From positions 1,417-65,416 of the forward strand of contig CAYQOU010000003.1 in NCBI GenBank assembly GCA_964419255.1: 64,000 nucleotides of DNA, given 5' to 3'. Every line of letters starts with the position of its first letter. Position 1 is the stretch's first letter. The notes beneath the pieces were generated by a model, which worked only from the letters and a program-made list of their open reading frames with translations, was not told the DNA's origin and did no database searches. A program made the translations under genes and the position numbers. The DNA comes from an uncultured Fibrobacterota bacterium. GTDB taxonomy: Bacteria > Fibrobacterota > Chitinivibrionia > Chitinivibrionales > CAYFVL01. Of this stretch, positions 58,627 through 64,000 are shown piece after piece.

Positions 58627-59367
58627 ATGGTGACCGACAGACACACTCTCTCCCGCATGCAGCAGGAGCATCAACCCGAAGAAATCCGCCGACGGCTAAA
58701 CAACAATCGTTCAAGCTATCTGGGAGATGCCGTTTTGGGAGGCATGGACGGATGTGTAACAACCTTTGCCATCGTCGCGGGAACGGTTGGGGGAGGCTTT
58801 GGTGCTTCGGTGGCGCTGATCCTCGGTGTCGCCAATCTTATGGCCGATGGGTTCAGTATGGCGGTGAGCAACTATCAGAAAACCAAGGTGGAGCGCGATG
58901 AGGTGGAGGGGGCGCGACGGCGGGAGGAGACGCATATCGAGGTAGTGCCGGAGGGCGAAAAGGAGGAGGTGCGTCAAATCTTTGCACAAAAAGGCTTTGA
59001 GGGAAAAACTCTGGAGAAGATCGTAGAGGTGATCACCGCAAACAAGGATCTGTGGCTGGATACGGTGCTCACAGAGGAGATGGGCCTTCAGGTGCAGGGG
59101 GCATCGCCTGTACGAGCCGGCGTGTCGACGTTTGTCGCTTTTGTTCTCATCGGGCTTATACCACTGATTCCGTTTATGATTCCGGAACTGACCCTGGCGA
59201 TGCGCTTTCTGAGCAGCGCGACCATTACAGCATTGGCCTTTGGGGGTATCGGAGTCGCGAAAGGACTGATTCTGGGACAAGAGGTGATCAGATCATCCCT
59301 GCAGACGCTTCTGACCGGCGGAGGAGCCGCGGCCCTGGCATTCGGGGTAGGCTACTGGCTGCGATGA
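58627..59367 (+). CDS. VIT1/CCC1 family iron/manganese transporter
   Basis: YLGDAVLGGMDGCVTTFAIVAG N-terminal signature, a central acidic cytoplasmic loop and C-terminal TM helices. Confidence 0.8.
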   Translation: MVTDRHTLSRMQQEHQPEEIRRRLNNNRSSYLGDAVLGGMDGCVTTFAIVAGTVGGGFGASVALILGVANLMADGFSMAVSNYQKTKVERDEVEGARRREETHIEVVPEGEKEEVRQIFAQKGFEGKTLEKIVEVITANKDLWLDTVLTEEMGLQVQGASPVRAGVSTFVAFVLIGLIPLIPFMIPELTLAMRFLSSATITALAFGGIGVAKGLILGQEVIRSSLQTLLTGGGAAALAFGVGYWLR

Positions 59368-59516
59368 GGGGGCGGATTATGAGCGATGGACGATCAGCTG
59401 TAATCGGGGGCAAGAAAAGCTTTTCGTCTTGATACTTCTCATTTCGCTGTTCGCTCATCGCACATCGTCCTTCAACCGTCCATCAACCGATATTCACTCC
59501 AAAAAAGGAATAATAC

Positions 59517-60281
59517 ATGCGAATGAAAATGAAAAACCTGATGCTGCTGCCTGTCGCGGCGGCGCTGATTTTTGCGCAGGATCCGTCCACCCCCGATGCC
59601 GCTGCTATAGTCGAGGCGGCCGATCAGATTATGCGCGGCGAGACAAGCACGGGCGAGATGAGCATGACGATCACCAAGCCCGCCTGGAAACGCAGCATCT
59701 CCATGCGATTTTGGAGCAAGGGGGATGAGTTTATGCTTATTCGTATCACCGCCCCCGCTCGCGATCAGGGCATGATGTATCTGAAACGCTACGATGAACT
59801 CTGGCAGTGGGTGCCCTCGGTGGAAAGAACCATAAAGATACCGCCATCCATGATGATGCAGTCGTGGATGGGCAGCGACTTTACAAACGACGACCTTGTG
59901 CGGAGTGCATCGATCGTGCAAGACTATACCCACACCTATGTGGGTGATACCACCATACGTGATCATCCCGCCTTTATCATACGTATGGTGCCAAAACCGC
60001 AGGCACCTGTGGTGTGGGATCATGTAAAGATGTGGGTGAGCAAAGAAGACAGCCTGTGGCTTCGGGCGCAATACTACGGGGAGGAAGGAGATCTGACAAA
60101 TACGCTTGTCCTTTCCGAAATTCGGGAGATGGGCGGTCGGAGCATTCCGACCCATTGGGAGATGATTCCCGCCGACAAGGAGCAACAGCGCACGATTCTG
60201 CAATACGAATCCATGGAGTTTAATGTGCCTGTAGAAGACTCGTTTTTCTCACTTCAGAACATGAGGCGTATGCGAAAATGA
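59517..60281 (+). CDS. LolA-like outer-membrane lipoprotein-sorting family protein
   Basis: Signal peptide and family-typical sequence (…MYLKRYDELWQWVPSVERTIKIPPSMMMQSWMGSDFTNDDL…). It sits immediately upstream of two FtsX-type permease genes. Confidence 0.7.
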   Translation: MRMKMKNLMLLPVAAALIFAQDPSTPDAAAIVEAADQIMRGETSTGEMSMTITKPAWKRSISMRFWSKGDEFMLIRITAPARDQGMMYLKRYDELWQWVPSVERTIKIPPSMMMQSWMGSDFTNDDLVRSASIVQDYTHTYVGDTTIRDHPAFIIRMVPKPQAPVVWDHVKMWVSKEDSLWLRAQYYGEEGDLTNTLVLSEIREMGGRSIPTHWEMIPADKEQQRTILQYESMEFNVPVEDSFFSLQNMRRMRK

Positions 60282-61501
60282 ACATGTATCTGACGCTTGC
60301 CTGGCGAAATCTGTGGCGAAACAAGCGCCGTACGATCATCACCATGGCATCTGTGTATTTTGCGGTGATCCTGGTTCTGTTTACCCGCTCGATGCAGCTT
60401 GGTACCTACGAGCATATCATCAATAACACCCTGAGAATGTACACCGGATATATACAGATACAGGGAGAAGGCTACTGGGAGCACCGTTCTCTGGAAAACA
60501 GCATGGCAATAGCCGATTCCATAATCGATGCGATCCGCCGGTTGCCCTCGACCACGGATGTGGTTCCCCGCCTCGAATCGTTTGCGCTGGCATCATCGGG
60601 CCGGCAGACCCGGGGAGCTATAGTCATGGGAGTAGATCCGCGGCGGGAAAACGATATGGCCGGGCTGAGAAAGAGGATTCAGAAAGGCGATTATCTGGGT
60701 CAAACCGATACGGGGGCGCTGATCGGCTTGCAGCTTTCCGAAAAACTGAAAATAGGGGTAGGAGATACGGTGGTTCTGATCGGCCAGGGCTACTACGGGG
60801 TGAGTGCGGCGGGCAAGTATGCGGTCGAAGGGATAGTGGAGATCCCCGAGGGCAGTTTTGATGCGGGAGTGGTCTACTTGACGCTGCCGGAGGCTCAGTG
60901 GCTGTATTCAGCCGACGGCAGATTGACCTCGGTGGCAATCATGCTCGAGGGGCCCGAGCACATGCAGGATGCCATGCAGACTATCATGGGCCTGGTGGAT
61001 ACGGCCACATACGATGTGATGGGATGGCGCGAGATGGTGCCGGAGCTGGTGCAGTCCATCGAGCTTGACAATGTGAGCGGACTGATCATGCTGGGCATAC
61101 TCTATCTGGTGATCGGCTTTGGTGTGTTCGGGACGGTTATGATGATGGTGGCTGAACGTCGACGGGAGTCGGCGGTACTGGTCGCAGCGGGGATGCGTCG
61201 CAGCCGGTTGAGTCTGCTGGTATTTCTGGAGACATTGATCATCGGGACCGTGGGTACGATCGTCGGTGCCTTGACCGCATGGCCGATTCTTGTTTACATG
61301 AGAGCAAACCCGATTGTGATGACCGGAAATGCCGCCGATGCGATGCGGGAGTATGGCTATGAGCCGCTGATACCTTTTCTGGTGGAGCCGTCCATATTTA
61401 TTAACCAGGCGCTGGTTGTTCTGTTTATCGCCGTGGTTGCCGTTTTGTATCCGGTCTATTCCATTACCCGTTTCAAACTGGTCGATACTCTGCGATCGTA
61501 A
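60278..61501 (+). CDS. ABC transporter permease, FtsX/LolC/E-like
   Basis: N-terminal LAWRNLWRNKRRT, a large periplasmic loop and a C-terminal 3-TM FtsX domain. The start overlaps the upstream stop by 4 nt. Confidence 0.85.
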   Translation: MNMYLTLAWRNLWRNKRRTIITMASVYFAVILVLFTRSMQLGTYEHIINNTLRMYTGYIQIQGEGYWEHRSLENSMAIADSIIDAIRRLPSTTDVVPRLESFALASSGRQTRGAIVMGVDPRRENDMAGLRKRIQKGDYLGQTDTGALIGLQLSEKLKIGVGDTVVLIGQGYYGVSAAGKYAVEGIVEIPEGSFDAGVVYLTLPEAQWLYSADGRLTSVAIMLEGPEHMQDAMQTIMGLVDTATYDVMGWREMVPELVQSIELDNVSGLIMLGILYLVIGFGVFGTVMMMVAERRRESAVLVAAGMRRSRLSLLVFLETLIIGTVGTIVGALTAWPILVYMRANPIVMTGNAADAMREYGYEPLIPFLVEPSIFINQALVVLFIAVVAVLYPVYSITRFKLVDTLRS

Positions 61502-61512
61502 AGGAGATTGCG

Positions 61513-62727
61513 ATGCTAATGTCTCTGGCATGGAAAAACATCTGGCGAAACAAGACGCGCAGTCTTATCATACTGACCGCGATAGCCCTGGGTATTCTGG
61601 GGGGGATGTTGGCAAGCGGGTTCAGTTATGGAATGGTCGAGCAAATGATATCGGCGGCCATCGGCACCCGTCTGGCTCATATACAGATTCATCACCCGGA
61701 ATTCTCCGACCAGCAGGACCCCTCCCTGACCATTGAACGTTACGATAGTATCCTTGCCGCGGCCGAGGGTGTGGAGTCGGTTGTCGGTATCTCCCCGCGT
61801 CTGGTGGTCAACGGGATGGCGGTTTCTCCGAAGACAAGCTCGGGGGCTGTGATTCAGGGCGTCGATCCGCAACGGGAACGCAGGGTCAGCGATGTCGCCG
61901 CAAATATTGTAAGCGGCGTGTGGTTTGGCGACGATGCGCTAAACCCGGTGGTTATCGGCACTCAGCTGGCGGAGAAACTTGATATCGATGTCGGATCGAA
62001 AATCGTGTTTACATTCCAGGACGTAAATAACACCATAACCGGTGCGGCCTTTAAGGTGACCGGAACCTATGAAACGGTTTCTTCCCAGTATGATGTTACC
62101 CACGTTTTTGTGCGTCAATCCGACCTGCGAGACCTTCTCGAGCTGCCCCGCGGCCTTCATGAAATAGCGATACTTTTAAGCTCGTCGAGGAATGTGACGC
62201 ACATCGCAGACAGGCTAAAGATGCGGTTTCCATCCGCAAAGGTCCAGACCTGGCGGGAGCTTGCTCCGGAGCTTCAATACATCTCCGAGATGATGGACAC
62301 CAGCCTGCTTATCTTCATGGGGGTAATTCTTCTGGCCCTTGCCTTCGGGATAATCAATACGATGTTGATGGTGGTGCTGGAGCGCAGGCGGGAGTTGGGG
62401 ATGCTTATGGCGGTGGGAATGCACAGAAAAAGCGTCTTCCAGACAATCATGCTGGAGACCATACTTTTGTCGTTGACCGGAGCGGTGACGGGTATGGTTC
62501 TTAGTATGACATCGGTACTGGTTCTTGCCGAAACGGGAATCGATCTAACGCTTTTTTCGGAGGGACTCAGGGATCTGGGGCTCAGCGAGATTTTGTATCC
62601 TACGCTTCCATGGCGGCTCTACCCGATAATAACTTTGATGATGATTGTGACTGCGGTTTTGGCGGCGGTGTATCCGGCGGTGATCGCTCTGCGTCTCAAA
62701 CCGGCATCTGCACTGCGAACCATGTGA
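61513..62727 (+). CDS. ABC transporter permease, FtsX/LolC/E-like (second copy)
   Basis: LAWKNIWRNKTRS. The topology matches the preceding gene. Confidence 0.85.
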   Translation: MLMSLAWKNIWRNKTRSLIILTAIALGILGGMLASGFSYGMVEQMISAAIGTRLAHIQIHHPEFSDQQDPSLTIERYDSILAAAEGVESVVGISPRLVVNGMAVSPKTSSGAVIQGVDPQRERRVSDVAANIVSGVWFGDDALNPVVIGTQLAEKLDIDVGSKIVFTFQDVNNTITGAAFKVTGTYETVSSQYDVTHVFVRQSDLRDLLELPRGLHEIAILLSSSRNVTHIADRLKMRFPSAKVQTWRELAPELQYISEMMDTSLLIFMGVILLALAFGIINTMLMVVLERRRELGMLMAVGMHRKSVFQTIMLETILLSLTGAVTGMVLSMTSVLVLAETGIDLTLFSEGLRDLGLSEILYPTLPWRLYPIITLMMIVTAVLAAVYPAVIALRLKPASALRTM

Positions 62728-62740
62728 AAGGTGGATCCAA

Positions 62741-63424
62741 ATGCATGTGATTGTCACCGAGAAGCTGACAAAGATCTACAACGAATCGAGTGTGCCGGTG
62801 AAGGCACTCTCTGATGTTAACCTGACGGTTGAGGAGGGCGAATTCACTTCTATTGTGGGCCCGTCGGGCTCGGGCAAGAGTACTCTTCTGAACATGATCG
62901 GAGGACTCGACTCACCATCCCGGGGCAGGGTAGAGATCAGAGACAAGGATCTGAACACCCTGGGGGGAGGGGAGCTGATCGATTTTCGTCTTCATAATAT
63001 CGGCTTTGTGTTCCAGGCGTATAATCTTATACCGGTGTTGACTGCACGGGAGAACATCGAATTTATCATGCTGCTTCAGAAGCGGTCGAAAAAGGAGCGC
63101 CACGAACGTGCCTCGGAACTTCTTGCGGCGGTGGGGCTGAAGGGCCGGGGCAACCACCGCCCTTCCCAGCTGTCCGGTGGCGAGCAGCAGCGTGTGGCCG
63201 TGGCCCGGGCCCTGGCGGCCAAGCCGGCCTTTATCCTGGCAGACGAGCCCACCGCCAATCTGGACAGCCATTCGGCGGAAAATCTGTTGGATATGATGGC
63301 GGAGCTGAATAGAAATTCGGGGACGACTTTTCTCTTCTCCACACACGACGATCGGGTCATTCGACGCGCCCGCAGGGTGGTGACACTCAGAGACGGTGCG
63401 ATCGAATCAGATAAATCGGGGTGA
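62741..63424 (+). CDS. ABC transporter ATP-binding protein (LolD/MacB-type)
   Basis: Walker A GPSGSGKST, Q-loop, LSGGEQQRVAVARAL and Walker B ILADEPTANLD. Confidence 0.9.
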   Translation: MHVIVTEKLTKIYNESSVPVKALSDVNLTVEEGEFTSIVGPSGSGKSTLLNMIGGLDSPSRGRVEIRDKDLNTLGGGELIDFRLHNIGFVFQAYNLIPVLTARENIEFIMLLQKRSKKERHERASELLAAVGLKGRGNHRPSQLSGGEQQRVAVARALAAKPAFILADEPTANLDSHSAENLLDMMAELNRNSGTTFLFSTHDDRVIRRARRVVTLRDGAIESDKSG

Positions 63425-63629
63425 TTAGTTTTTTGGCGAGGATGACAGAGCAATCGGCTCTGATCATCCTGAAAAGATAATAAGCAGCAAATCCTTTGAT
63501 TCGGCGTAATAATTGCTGAAAATTATCACCCGAATCGGTAATCGTGCCGAAGATGGTTTCATCAGGCCCTGTGCTCCAAAAGAGCAGGTTTTTGTGTCAC
63601 CATTTTTTAGTCTATGGTCTTTTATTTCC

Positions 63630-63671
63630 TAATCCCTCGATCCTCGATCGCAGATTCTCCGGCTCTGCCGG
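63630..63671 (+). promoter_or_regulatory. Second copy of the start-proximal GATTCTCCGGCTYTGCC motif
   Basis: taatccctcgatcctcgatcgcagattctccggctctgccgg, ending about 14 nt before the ATG at 63685. It contains a ccggc/gccgg hairpin. Confidence 0.3.
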
Positions 63672-63684
63672 CCAGGGGTGTGCT

Positions 63685-64000
63685 ATGAACAGAGTGCTTT
63701 TAGTGACCATTTTTGTCTTATCGGCAGTATACGGGCAGAATGCCACCTGGGTTCCAAACCGGGAAAACACCGACCTTGGTGGTTACGTACAGGAAGTCGC
63801 AGTCGTTTCGATAAACGACACATCCGCAGGCTACAACAACGTCCTGCAGAGCCGTTTCAATGCAGACTATTACCCCGGCAGCTTTATTAGTACCACCCTG
63901 GAGGGTAGACTGCTTCTTTACAGTGGCGATTTTTTGGACAACCCCGCCTTTGGCGGCATAAACGCCGCGGCCCGGCAGCTGGCCGTGGATGCGCAATACC
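63685..64000 (+). CDS. Secreted protein, 5' partial (runs off the window end)
   Basis: This frame is not in the ORF track because it has no stop in the window. The ATG at 63685 gives MNRVLLVTIFVLSAVYGQNATWVPNRENTDLGGYVQEV… with a clean signal peptide, and stays open for 105 codons to the window end. Confidence 0.45.
   Translation, partial: MNRVLLVTIFVLSAVYGQNATWVPNRENTDLGGYVQEVAVVSINDTSAGYNNVLQSRFNADYYPGSFISTTLEGRLLLYSGDFLDNPAFGGINAAARQLAVDAQY

Noticed and set aside
63439-63470. Hairpin (aggatga…tcatcct) after the ABC ATPase gene as a possible terminator.
   Set aside because: No T-run follows it, so support is insufficient.
63678-63890. 70-aa GTG-initiated track ORF.
   Set aside because: It is Arg-rich and non-protein-like. 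The +1 frame starting at 63685 has a clean signal peptide and stays open to the window end.
1-64000. Scan for CRISPR arrays, tRNA/rRNA genes, transposases, integrases, phage genes and toxin-antitoxin pairs.
   Set aside because: I saw no periodic direct repeats, no tRNA-like T-arm or anticodon structures, and no DDE, tyrosine-recombinase or serine-recombinase motifs. The absence is by eye only; tRNAscan-SE, Infernal and ISEScan should confirm it.

Overview
About 64 kb of chromosomal DNA, roughly 50% GC by eye. The host is a diderm bacterium: the window encodes Mla lipid-transport genes, a LolCDE-like ABC system with a LolA-like protein, HtrA and several beta-barrel outer membrane proteins. I cannot assign a lineage from sequence alone. 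I support about 50 protein genes. I recognise no rRNA, tRNA, CRISPR array, transposase, integrase or phage gene.

Layout:
1. 15-9762: a complete Wsp/Che3-style alternative chemosensory operon (CheW, CheR-TPR, CheW, MCP, CheA-REC, CheB). It ends in a REC-PAS-histidine kinase rather than a flagellar or GGDEF output.
2. 9951-20762: a visibly more AT-rich accessory-looking block. It holds a cyclase/formamidase-family protein, a C39-like cysteine peptidase and a 1535-aa membrane-embedded NRPS-like enzyme. That enzyme has the A-T-(2TM + hexapeptide domain)x3 architecture of epsilon-poly-lysine-type homopoly(amino acid) synthetases. It is followed by a small beta-barrel OMP and bracketed by two paralogous secreted repeat proteins.
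3. 21086-31925: Sua5/TsaC, a methyltransferase, a 1023-aa multi-module glycosyltransferase, a cbpA-mlaE-mlaF-mlaD operon and a porin-like OMP.
4. 32134-39374: CNNM transporter, PfpI/DJ-1, a P-type ATPase tightly coupled to a UPF0182 membrane protein.
5. 39661-48704: an orphan AmmeMemoRadiSam-type radical SAM enzyme, HD-GYP plus REC, DUF1540, three small ferredoxins and a PAS/GAF kinase. It also holds a translationally coupled pair: an uncharacterised protein with primase-polymerase (AEP)-like motifs and a xylose-isomerase/EndoIV-fold TIM barrel.
6. 49243-64000: RRM RNA-binding protein, prs-pncB, an arginine-deiminase-fold protein apparently lacking the catalytic Cys, DUF2267, FMN-binding protein, HtrA, a VIT-family transporter and the LolA-like/FtsX/ABC cluster.

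The best candidates for something undescribed are the poly(amino acid) synthetase island and the AEP-like/TIM-barrel pair. All family assignments come from motif recognition by eye. No database search was run.
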